From positions 194,080 to 249,148 of the forward strand of contig MHKF01000012.1 of the NCBI GenBank assembly GCA_001818315.1: a stretch of DNA of 55,069 nucleotides. Direction: 5' to 3'. The notes under the pieces were generated by a model that was not told the DNA's origin, ran no database searches, and saw nothing but the letters and a program-made list of their open reading frames with translations. A program made the translations under genes and the position numbers. Below are positions 36,800 through 44,880 of this stretch, one piece after another (position 1 is the first letter of the stretch; every line of letters begins with the position of its first letter). The DNA is from Candidatus Kerfeldbacteria bacterium RIFCSPLOWO2_02_FULL_42_19. GTDB lineage: Bacteria > Patescibacteriota > Patescibacteriia > HO2-48-17.

Positions 36800-38164
36800 T
36801 TATTTTTTTGGGGTAATAAAAATCGGACAGCCGATCCAACCAAATTCTTTCCTGAGTTCCTTTTCAAGGAGATGTAACCAAGGCCTTGGCACTGCTTTCG
36901 GATGTGGTGTGTTTAATTCCAGTGTGATAGGATCTGTCCCGCTCTGGAAAAAATCAGTTATTCTGAGCGATTTTTTGAGAGCTCCAGGTGCAGGAGCAGA
37001 GCGTTTTGGCGGATATTTCCTTATAAATTTTTCAAGGAGAGTGCGGAGTATGTCTTTTGAGACTGTTTTGTTTTTTTCGATGAGGACGATCTCAAGTGTT
37101 TTCATGAGTGTATTGAGATGTTGTCTTTGGATTGTAGATATGAAAACAAGAGGCGCAAAATCGAGGTGTGGAAATTGCGCGTGATATTGTTGAGCGAGTT
37201 GATTTAATGTACTCGGCTGTTTCTCAGGAATCAAGTCCCATTTGTTGATAGCGAGTATTACGGGTTTACGTGCAGTCGCAATGAGTGCGCCGAGTATTTT
37301 GTCTTGTCGCGAAACCGGTTGTGATATATCCAGTAACAAAATGATCATATCGGCGTCGCTCACGTGTCTTAGGCTCTGCATAATGCCAGCGTGTTCGATT
37401 TCTTCCAGAAGTTTTTGCGTTACTTTTGTACCTACAAAACCAAGACCAACGTGACTTTTCCGTCGCACGCCCGCTGTGTCAGTAAAGATGAAATTCTTTT
37501 TGTGCCAGTGAATTTCGATATCCCCGCTATCCCGTGTGGTGTGCGGCTTGTGACTGACGACGCGAACTTCTTGCCCTTTCAACGCATTGAGGAGAGAAGA
37601 TTTACCGACATTCGGTTTTCCAAGAATAGTGATGCGAGGTATGTGGGCGTTGAGCAGGTTGTGTTTGTGCGGAAGCATCGCAGCGATACTATCAAGTAGG
37701 TCTCCGGTGCCAGTTCCGTTTTGTGCGGAAAAAAGAACGTATGTTTGGAAACCAAACGTCAGTGTTGTGTCGAAATTTTTTCGATCACGCGGTTTGTCGA
37801 TTTTATTGACTCCTACAATAGTTGGTTTTCCGAGCCGACGAAGGTATGTTGCAATCGATTGATCTTCGCGAAGCATAGTACTTTTTCCATCGATTACCCA
37901 CACAATCACATTGGCTCTTTCGATGAGCTGGCGTGTTTGTTTTTGAATATTAGCTCCTACATCATCTGTGATTTTTTCTTCTAATCCACCGCAATCGACG
38001 AGTTGAAAATAGGTTTGATTCCAACCGATTTCCATCGTTATGAGATCACGGGTTGTACCGGGATACGGTGAAACAATCGCTTTATGTTTTTCGGAAAGCC
38101 GATTGAAGAGGGTCGATTTTCCTACATTGATCCGTCCGATCAGCGCAACGATGGAAAGGGTCAT
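36800..38164 (-). CDS. der: ribosome-associated GTPase Der/EngA
   Basis: Two G domains (GRINVGKSTLFN...DCGG and GKPNVGKSSLLN...DTAG) plus a KH-like C-terminus. Confidence 0.92.
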   Translation of the reverse strand: MTLSIVALIGRINVGKSTLFNRLSEKHKAIVSPYPGTTRDLITMEIGWNQTYFQLVDCGGLEEKITDDVGANIQKQTRQLIERANVIVWVIDGKSTMLREDQSIATYLRRLGKPTIVGVNKIDKPRDRKNFDTTLTFGFQTYVLFSAQNGTGTGDLLDSIAAMLPHKHNLLNAHIPRITILGKPNVGKSSLLNALKGQEVRVVSHKPHTTRDSGDIEIHWHKKNFIFTDTAGVRRKSHVGLGFVGTKVTQKLLEEIEHAGIMQSLRHVSDADMIILLLDISQPVSRQDKILGALIATARKPVILAINKWDLIPEKQPSTLNQLAQQYHAQFPHLDFAPLVFISTIQRQHLNTLMKTLEIVLIEKNKTVSKDILRTLLEKFIRKYPPKRSAPAPGALKKSLRITDFFQSGTDPITLELNTPHPKAVPRPWLHLLEKELRKEFGWIGCPIFITPKK

Positions 38165-39624
38165 AACGCCTGTGTCACATTTTTTATATCCTCCCCGAGA
38201 ATAATAAGGAAATCTATAGTTTCATTTTTATCAAGATACTGTGGAATTCCCTCAGCAATATTCGCTTGGAATACATCGCGGAGAAGCTCGAGTGTATCTT
38301 TTTTTGCGCCGCGACTAAAATCATAAATGACGGTTTTTGTATTTTGGGTTTGTGTGCGAGCATTGCCGACACTCATCACAGAAAGTCCAAGTGTCGTTAG
38401 TTTTTCAGCTGTCTTTTGGGCGAGTCCGATTTTTTTCGTGCCATTGCGAATTTCGATGCGGGCTTCTTCATTGACCGTCGTGCGTTCGTCAAAGATATTG
38501 CGTGCGAGTCTTTGAATCTCACTATAGTTTCCCAGCCCTGCTTTTGGAATGAGGACATATGCACCGTCTTCTGTGCGATCGGAGTAAAGCAATCCTTGTT
38601 CCTGGTTGTCAATGACTTTGGTAATGATATTGTGCGTGTCGGAAACTTTGACGAGTTCAATTGCTTTCAGCATCTCCCAGACCTCAAGATTGGTACTGAC
38701 ATGATCGCCAAGATCATTGAGTATGTTATTGATTCTTTTTGGATTGAGGAGCGTTTGCAGAGAGAAAAATTTTTCTTTGACAGCGAGGAGAATCTTTTGT
38801 TGCCTTTTGGCGCGGGAAAAATCCGAACCTTCACCGTTGTTACCTTTACGTGAGCGGGCAAATTGCAAGGCCTGTTCTCCATTCATTTTTTGTACGCCGG
38901 CTTCAAAATGTATTGTCTGATAGCTAAAATTATAGTCTGGAAATTGCTTATCTGTAAACGATCGTTGGACATTAACACTGATGCCGCCGAGAGTATTTAC
39001 GATTTTTCGAAAACCTTCAAAATCAACCCGTACAAAATAGTGTATTGGCAAACCAGTGACTTCTTCCAGAATGTCGCTTGTGAGTTTTTCGCCACCGCCA
39101 GGATAACCAAATTGTCTCCCGAATGCATTAGCGTTATTGATTTTGCGAAATCCTAAATTACCCTTTTTTGGAATATTCATTTCTACTACAAGATCGCGTG
39201 GAATGGAAAGCATAGCAACTTGTCCTGTAGTAGGTTTGAAGCTTGCTACGATAATCGTATCTGCTAAATAAATTCCGCTTGAATGCCCTGGTCCACCCAT
39301 ACCGAGAAGAGCGACATTAATTCGATCGTCTTGTTCGCCCTGAAGTTTTTTGTCTCCACTGCCAAAGAGATAATGCACCTGTTTATAGAGAGGCGTTTTT
39401 TCTGTATCATCTTTTTGCACAATGTTCTCCGCCGAAAAGATGATTTTGTATGACAGGGCAAATAATCCTATGACAGCGATGGCTATAAAACCCGCGACAA
39501 TTTTACCAAATACGAGCAGTATCCAACGTATGCCCGTTCTGCGTTTGGACACGCTCGGCAGGCCTTGCATGATTTCAGCATCCCTTTGGACGCCTTCATT
39601 TTTCTTCATGAGGTTGATGTGCAT
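38161..39624 (-). CDS. LytR-CpsA-Psr (LCP) family protein with LytR_C domain
   Basis: INVALLGMGGPGHSSGIYLADTIIVASF...MLSIPRDL, and a C-terminal IEIRNGTKKIGLA segment. The start is uncertain: later ATGs at 39609 and 39570 would reduce or remove the overlap with the upstream gene. Confidence 0.85.
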   Translation of the reverse strand: MHINLMKKNEGVQRDAEIMQGLPSVSKRRTGIRWILLVFGKIVAGFIAIAVIGLFALSYKIIFSAENIVQKDDTEKTPLYKQVHYLFGSGDKKLQGEQDDRINVALLGMGGPGHSSGIYLADTIIVASFKPTTGQVAMLSIPRDLVVEMNIPKKGNLGFRKINNANAFGRQFGYPGGGEKLTSDILEEVTGLPIHYFVRVDFEGFRKIVNTLGGISVNVQRSFTDKQFPDYNFSYQTIHFEAGVQKMNGEQALQFARSRKGNNGEGSDFSRAKRQQKILLAVKEKFFSLQTLLNPKRINNILNDLGDHVSTNLEVWEMLKAIELVKVSDTHNIITKVIDNQEQGLLYSDRTEDGAYVLIPKAGLGNYSEIQRLARNIFDERTTVNEEARIEIRNGTKKIGLAQKTAEKLTTLGLSVMSVGNARTQTQNTKTVIYDFSRGAKKDTLELLRDVFQANIAEGIPQYLDKNETIDFLIILGEDIKNVTQAL

Positions 39625-40213
39625 ATTTCAAGGCAGATGTTTGAGATATGTTTTGGCGTTCACAAAGTTTTTTGAAGATCCAAAGGAGGGTTATCGATAC
39701 GAACGGTACAATGATGATATTGCCTGTCAGCGAAAATTTGAGAAAAGGCAACCCCGCAATGTAGGAGGCAAGGAGACCCGTGATATTTTTTGGATAAAAA
39801 TGAAAGAGCTGCCATACGCCAAAATTGGTCCAAAGAAAGAAGAAAAGAGAAGCGATGATACCGAACGCGGTCATGCTCCCAACAAAGAGAATTGGTTTTT
39901 TTTGTATCCATCGCATGCGCTCTTTGGCTAGAGAAGCACCAAGACCGATAATCAGCCATGCGGACCATGTGTAAATAAAAATGGCGTCATTACCGTACAT
40001 GATGTCACTGATTGCTACGGTCACCAGAGGCACAATAATACCCCATCGGCTACCGAGTAAGACGCCAGAGAGCAGTGTGATTGCCGTGAGTGTTTCGACA
40101 TTCGGGAAAAGACTGAGTGCCCAGCGACCGAATACTCCTATCATAATAAGCATCGCAGCGAAGAGTGTGTATCGAAGATTCTGATTGTGCTTCAAGATGT
40201 TGGTATTTTGCAT
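39596..40213 (-). CDS. polytopic membrane protein, possible ECF-type S-component (B12-linked by context)
   Basis: About 205 aa from ATG 40213 with about 6 TM helices. It lies directly downstream of the DUF4430-like and cobO genes. The assignment rests on context only. Confidence 0.4.
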   Translation of the reverse strand: MQNTNILKHNQNLRYTLFAAMLIMIGVFGRWALSLFPNVETLTAITLLSGVLLGSRWGIIVPLVTVAISDIMYGNDAIFIYTWSAWLIIGLGASLAKERMRWIQKKPILFVGSMTAFGIIASLFFFLWTNFGVWQLFHFYPKNITGLLASYIAGLPFLKFSLTGNIIIVPFVSITLLWIFKKLCERQNISQTSALKYAHQPHEEK

Positions 40214-40271
40214 ATTCTTTTGAGAAACGACGCATTGAGCGGTAAGGCGCGTCCGATGCGTAACTTTCAAT

Positions 40272-40730
40272 TTATTCGAATTTAAATTCAATCACGTCGT
40301 TTGCCGCGATCGTGTAGTCTGCTGCGCCTACTGGAGCAGCTTCATTATTCACGTAATAGAGCCAGTATTTGCCGTCTGTGCCATTCGTTTTATTGCCAAT
40401 AGTCGTAATCAATTGTCCAAGAGCCGTTTTTTCTATAATGAGCGTAATATTATTTTGTGTAGTAACGCGCTCGAGTAACGAAAGTGCTGTTGTGCCACTT
40501 TCAACTTCGGTATCGAAATTCTGTCCCTCAATACGTAGGGTCGCTTGGAATGTCGAATTTTCATTTATTGCTTCCTGCTGGGAGTTTTTTTGTGAATTCT
40601 TGCTATCCTGAGTAATGTCTTTCTGCGGTTCTTGTCGAATACAGCCGTAACCAAATAACACAACACCTACGATTATTATACTGAACCATAGCTTGCGGTG
40701 ATTGTAATCGATCAACGATTTTTTCTGCAT
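40272..40730 (-). CDS. DUF4430-like secreted/anchored protein (transcobalamin-beta-like domain)
   Basis: An N-terminal signal anchor ending GYGC. The C-terminus, GKYWLYYVNNEAAPVGAADYTIAANDVIEFKF, matches the DUF4430 signature as I recall it. Confidence 0.6.
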   Translation of the reverse strand: MQKKSLIDYNHRKLWFSIIIVGVVLFGYGCIRQEPQKDITQDSKNSQKNSQQEAINENSTFQATLRIEGQNFDTEVESGTTALSLLERVTTQNNITLIIEKTALGQLITTIGNKTNGTDGKYWLYYVNNEAAPVGAADYTIAANDVIEFKFE

Positions 40731-40738
40731 TTTACGTT

Positions 40739-41314
40739 TTAATGTTCAATACCCTTACGAGCGAAAAAATCGTCGGTGTAATAGTGCTTAATAGCGTTCA
40801 TTTCTGTTACAAGATCCGCGCGTTTGATCAGTGCTTCTGGGGCGTATCTTCCTGTAAGAACTATTTCGGTATTTTGGTGTTTATTATCAAGAAAGTCAAG
40901 GACTTCCGCTACTGGGATCATATGATAGCCGAGTGCGACATTGATTTCATCCAGAATTAAGATGTGCGGGCGTTTTTCTGGTTCCCTTCGCAGCGCTTTA
41001 CGTGCATAATCGAGGCCTTCGCGTACATAGTAGATATCGATCGCCGATGGATGCACGAGATCGATGACACCAAGTTGTCCGAATTGAACTATTTCGAGTT
41101 GAGGTTGCAGTAAGTTTCCTATTTTCAATTCACCAAAGTCTTTGTGATTTTTAAAAAACTGAATCATGAGTACAGAAAAACCGTGTCCTAATGCACGCAA
41201 AGTGAGTCCGAGCGCAGCAGTTGTTTTGCCTTTTCCATCGCCCGTATAGACGTGTATCTTTCCAAAGTATTTCACGGGGTGATGCGAATCCGCAGCGCGA
41301 TCGTGATACATCAT
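40739..41314 (-). CDS. cobO: cob(I)yrinic acid a,c-diamide / cob(I)alamin adenosyltransferase (CobA/CobO/BtuR type)
   Basis: GKIHVYTGDGKGKTTAALGLTLRALGHGFSVLMIQFFK and ILDEINVAL. Start set to ATG 41314 to avoid overlap with nrdJ. Confidence 0.85.
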   Translation of the reverse strand: MMYHDRAADSHHPVKYFGKIHVYTGDGKGKTTAALGLTLRALGHGFSVLMIQFFKNHKDFGELKIGNLLQPQLEIVQFGQLGVIDLVHPSAIDIYYVREGLDYARKALRREPEKRPHILILDEINVALGYHMIPVAEVLDFLDNKHQNTEIVLTGRYAPEALIKRADLVTEMNAIKHYYTDDFFARKGIEH

Positions 41315-41357
41315 AATACTTACATTGTTCACCAAAACAGCTTTATTTTCAAGTCGC

Positions 41358-43991
41358 TTAGGCGCATTTGGAATATCCACACGAACCACACGTTGTGCAA
41401 CCTTCTACGAATGCGAGGATTTGTCCGCACAATGGGCATTGTGGCGCGATACCAAGGTCCGCAAGCGAAGTTTTGGTTTGTACCTGTATTTGTGACGCAG
41501 CAGCAAATGCAGGGGTAACCTTCTTGACTTGCGTTTGTTCGGGGAGAGTTATGTTTTCACCGAACGATACAAAAGTTTCGCTGAAAGTATTTGCTTGTCT
41601 TTGTTGTGGTACAGCTGATGATTTTTGTGATTGTTCTTCGCTCGCTGTTGTTTTTGGTACGTTGACGTTTGTTGTGAGTTGCATTTGTAATTGCTTGTGT
41701 TGCGTGAGATCTTCTTCAAGAATTTGAGCAATCGCATCGGGAATCGAAAGGACCATGCCTTCTTTACGCCAATAAGGGAGCGGCCCTCGAATGCCTTTAA
41801 TTTGATCAATAATCACTTGCGGCGCGATACCGGAGCGAAGTGCTACAGAGATGAGTCGGCATATTGCTTCGGATTTTGCTGCATAAAATCCACCTGTTTT
41901 TCCAATCGTTGCAAAGACCTCAAATGGTTCCCCTTGGTCATCGTGATTAATCGTGATAAAAAGTGATCCGTAGCCCGTTTCGATCTTATAGGTCGCTCCG
42001 TGCATTTTATGTGGTCGTTTTCGTGGTGTAATGTATCGTGGTTGTTGTTCTGTAACTTTCGCTTTTTTTTCAGAAGGAGCATCTTTTTTGAGCATCAGCA
42101 CTTGTTCGTTGCGCGATCCATCTCGATACACAGTCCCACCTTTACATCTCAATTTATAGAGGAGTTGATAAAATTCGCCAACCTGTTTTTCTGTGTAATG
42201 ATTGGGAAGATTTGAAGTTTTAGAGATAGAACTATCCACCCATCGTTGGATTGCTGCTTGCACTTTGGCGTGATCTTCAGGTGCGAGGTTCATGGCATTG
42301 ACGAAGTAAGCAGGAAGTTGTTGACTAGGATGCTTTTTCTGCCAATCTTTGACGATTTGTACTTGTTCTTTGTGTGTGCCAAGTCGACTTTTGCGGAAGT
42401 AGGTCCAACTATAAAATGGTTCAATACCAGTAGCAGTTCCGACCATGGTTGCTACTGTGCCGGTTGGCGCTTGGGTGTTGAGAGTGACATTGCGGATACC
42501 TTTTTCTCGCACGAGCGTTCGTATATCCTCTGGCATACTCTTCATAAAGCCGCTCTGTAAAAATTTTTCGGTATTTAACTTCGGAAATGCACCTTTTTCT
42601 TCTGCAATCTGAGAGCTCATGGTATATGACTCGACGGCAATGAATTGGTACAGTTTGTCCATAAATCGTATCGATTCATCTGATCCATAGCGTAACCCAA
42701 GTTGTATGAGGAGTTCGGCAAGTCCAATCGTGCCAATACCGACGCGTCGTTCGCTCTTTTGTTGCTTTTCGTTTTCTTCAAAGAAATACATTGTAGCGTC
42801 GATAACATTGTCGGCAAATCGTACCGCATAGTGAATAGTTTTTTTGAGTTTTTCCCAATCTACGTCAGTGCTGATTTCATTTGCAAATCGGGAAAGATTG
42901 ATATGTGAGAGATTGCACACGGCCCACGCTGGCAAGGGTTGCTCACCGCACGGATTCGTGGCTATGAGCGGTGCGAAATACCAAGAATTTGACATGCGAT
43001 TTGTTCGTTCTCTAAACCATAATCCAGGTTCTGCGCTTCCCCAGGCACTTTTTATGATTTGCTGCCATATCTCACGTGCTTTGAATTTTTTATATACATT
43101 GAGTTTTTTTCCTTTACTGATCCAATTCGCGAGATTCCCGTCCCAAAGCTCGTCATATTCCGGGTCTTGAGTATCGGGAAATTTAAATTCCCAATCCTTG
43201 TCTTCTTCTACTGCTTTCATAAAAGCGTCAGAAATGCCGATACTGAGATTGGCGTTCGTAATTTTTCCCATTTCTTCTTTGACAGTGATAAATTCCAAAA
43301 GATCTGGATGCCAATCGTCCATAATGAGCATCAGCGCCCCGCGCCGGCTTCCTCCTTGTTCAATAAGACCAGTAACGAAACTATAGAGTGCTCCCCAGGA
43401 AACCGCTCCTGATGATCTGCCGTTCACACCTTTGACATAGGATCGTTTTGGTCTCAGGCTTGAGATATTAATACCAACTCCACCGCCACGCGACATAATT
43501 TCCGTCATTTGAAAGAGCGTGTCGATAATACCCCTGCGTGAATCGTGTGGCGAAGGAATCACGTAGCAGTTGTAGCAGGTGAGTTGTTGGTCGGTACCGG
43601 CAGCTGCGAGAATTCTTCCGCCGGGAACAAATTTCCATTCGTTCAGAAGCCATTCAAAATTTTTTGTCCATTCACGTCGTTTTATTTCCGTTGCTTCTAC
43701 AGAAGCAATGCCTTTCGCAACTCTTCGGATCATTTGTTCTGGTTCAGTTTCTACTGGTTTATCAATATGTTCTTTTTTTTGCTCTATAACGGCACCATCT
43801 TTGAGCTGAATGCGCACGGAGTCTCCGGATAGTATTTCTTGCACATATCCTACTTCTCGTTGACCTGTTTTTGGATCTATGCAAACGATAATTTTATCCC
43901 CCTTTCGCATATCTTTTCGTTGTTGATCTTTGAGGGCGTAGCGATCAAGAAAAATTTTTTCTCCGAGGTCAGAGAGGGGATTGTGAAGCAT
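41358..43991 (-). CDS. nrdJ: class II (adenosylcobalamin-dependent) ribonucleotide reductase
   Basis: LDRYALKD N-terminus, NPCGEQPLPAWAVCNLSHINLS active-site loop, and a C-terminal CPLCG...CTTCGSCGYSKC zinc ribbon. Confidence 0.92.
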   Translation of the reverse strand: MLHNPLSDLGEKIFLDRYALKDQQRKDMRKGDKIIVCIDPKTGQREVGYVQEILSGDSVRIQLKDGAVIEQKKEHIDKPVETEPEQMIRRVAKGIASVEATEIKRREWTKNFEWLLNEWKFVPGGRILAAAGTDQQLTCYNCYVIPSPHDSRRGIIDTLFQMTEIMSRGGGVGINISSLRPKRSYVKGVNGRSSGAVSWGALYSFVTGLIEQGGSRRGALMLIMDDWHPDLLEFITVKEEMGKITNANLSIGISDAFMKAVEEDKDWEFKFPDTQDPEYDELWDGNLANWISKGKKLNVYKKFKAREIWQQIIKSAWGSAEPGLWFRERTNRMSNSWYFAPLIATNPCGEQPLPAWAVCNLSHINLSRFANEISTDVDWEKLKKTIHYAVRFADNVIDATMYFFEENEKQQKSERRVGIGTIGLAELLIQLGLRYGSDESIRFMDKLYQFIAVESYTMSSQIAEEKGAFPKLNTEKFLQSGFMKSMPEDIRTLVREKGIRNVTLNTQAPTGTVATMVGTATGIEPFYSWTYFRKSRLGTHKEQVQIVKDWQKKHPSQQLPAYFVNAMNLAPEDHAKVQAAIQRWVDSSISKTSNLPNHYTEKQVGEFYQLLYKLRCKGGTVYRDGSRNEQVLMLKKDAPSEKKAKVTEQQPRYITPRKRPHKMHGATYKIETGYGSLFITINHDDQGEPFEVFATIGKTGGFYAAKSEAICRLISVALRSGIAPQVIIDQIKGIRGPLPYWRKEGMVLSIPDAIAQILEEDLTQHKQLQMQLTTNVNVPKTTASEEQSQKSSAVPQQRQANTFSETFVSFGENITLPEQTQVKKVTPAFAAASQIQVQTKTSLADLGIAPQCPLCGQILAFVEGCTTCGSCGYSKCA

Positions 43992-44076
43992 AGGTTTTGT
44001 ATTAATGATTGATGTTGAGGAATTATTATGTTTACATTTTTACTTTCGTGTAATGTTTGGACTTTGCTTGTTCCAC

Positions 44077-44553
44077 TTACTCCCTTTCTTTTATTTTCTG
44101 CTTTGTTTTGAGTAATTTCAAAGCTTCTTGGAATGCTTCGATGTCTTGAAAATCATTATAGACTGAAACAAATCGAATATACGCGACCTTATCGGTTCGA
44201 CGGAGATGTTTTACGATAATTGCTCCAATTTCATGGCTTGTTATTTTATCTTGTGTGCTTTTGAGTTGGATATCGCGTTCAATGCGTGCTAAAAGTGCAT
44301 TGAATCGTTCACTACTTATTGGGCGTTTTTCGAGTGCTTTTTTGAGTCCTGCGCTGATTTTTTCTTTTTGATATGCTTCCTCTCGGTTGTCATTTTTAAT
44401 GACGCGAAGATTGAGAATTTCCATTTCTTCCATCGTCGAAAAACGAAACGAGCATTTCATGCATTCACGACGTCTTCGAATCGTGAGACCTTCATTGGCT
44501 TCGCGGGATTCCAGGACGCGGGTATCAGTTTTGAGACACGATGGGCAGCGCAT
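44077..44553 (-). CDS. nrdR: transcriptional repressor NrdR
   Basis: MRCPSC...C..C zinc ribbon followed by an ATP-cone domain. Confidence 0.93.
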   Translation of the reverse strand: MRCPSCLKTDTRVLESREANEGLTIRRRRECMKCSFRFSTMEEMEILNLRVIKNDNREEAYQKEKISAGLKKALEKRPISSERFNALLARIERDIQLKSTQDKITSHEIGAIIVKHLRRTDKVAYIRFVSVYNDFQDIEAFQEALKLLKTKQKIKERE

Positions 44554-44555
44554 AG

Positions 44556-44604
44556 ACTCTATCGATAGTGTTTACTATGCTGAGTATAACACAATGGGTA
44601 GAGA
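44556..44604 (-). promoter_or_regulatory. two NrdR-box-like palindromes flanking an extended -10 (TGtTATACT) upstream of nrdR
   Basis: Box 1 at 44556-44571 is ACTCTATCGATAGTGT (10-bp perfect palindromic core, 13/16 to the recalled consensus acaCwAtATaTwGtgt). Box 2 at 44589-44604 is ACACAATGGGTAGAGA (11/16). The -10 TATACT lies at 44588-44583 on the minus strand. Confidence 0.45.
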
Positions 44605-44714
44605 TTTGAGAATTTTAAGAATCTCTGCTAATCTCCGCTGTACTTTTTTTTCCGTTCGTTTTGTATGCGGATTTTTTTGTTGAGAACATGAAGATGTTTG
44701 TGGATAACTTTCAT

Positions 44715-44804
44715 CATAACAAAAGAGGAGGAGGATAGGACTTTCGAAGCACACTGTGCATTGTTAGTGCTTCGAAAGTCCTATCCTCCTCCTCTTTTGT
44801 TATG
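44715..44804. repeat. perfect 38-bp inverted repeat with 14-nt loop
   Basis: 44715-44752 is the exact reverse complement of 44767-44804, checked base by base. A homolog lies at 14145-14236. Confidence 0.9.
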
Positions 44805-44880
44805 CGCGTTGCACAAACATGCAGGGTCTGTCACGAAATTCTACGATTTCACAGGCGGAAGCGTGTTCGTCGACAAACCC

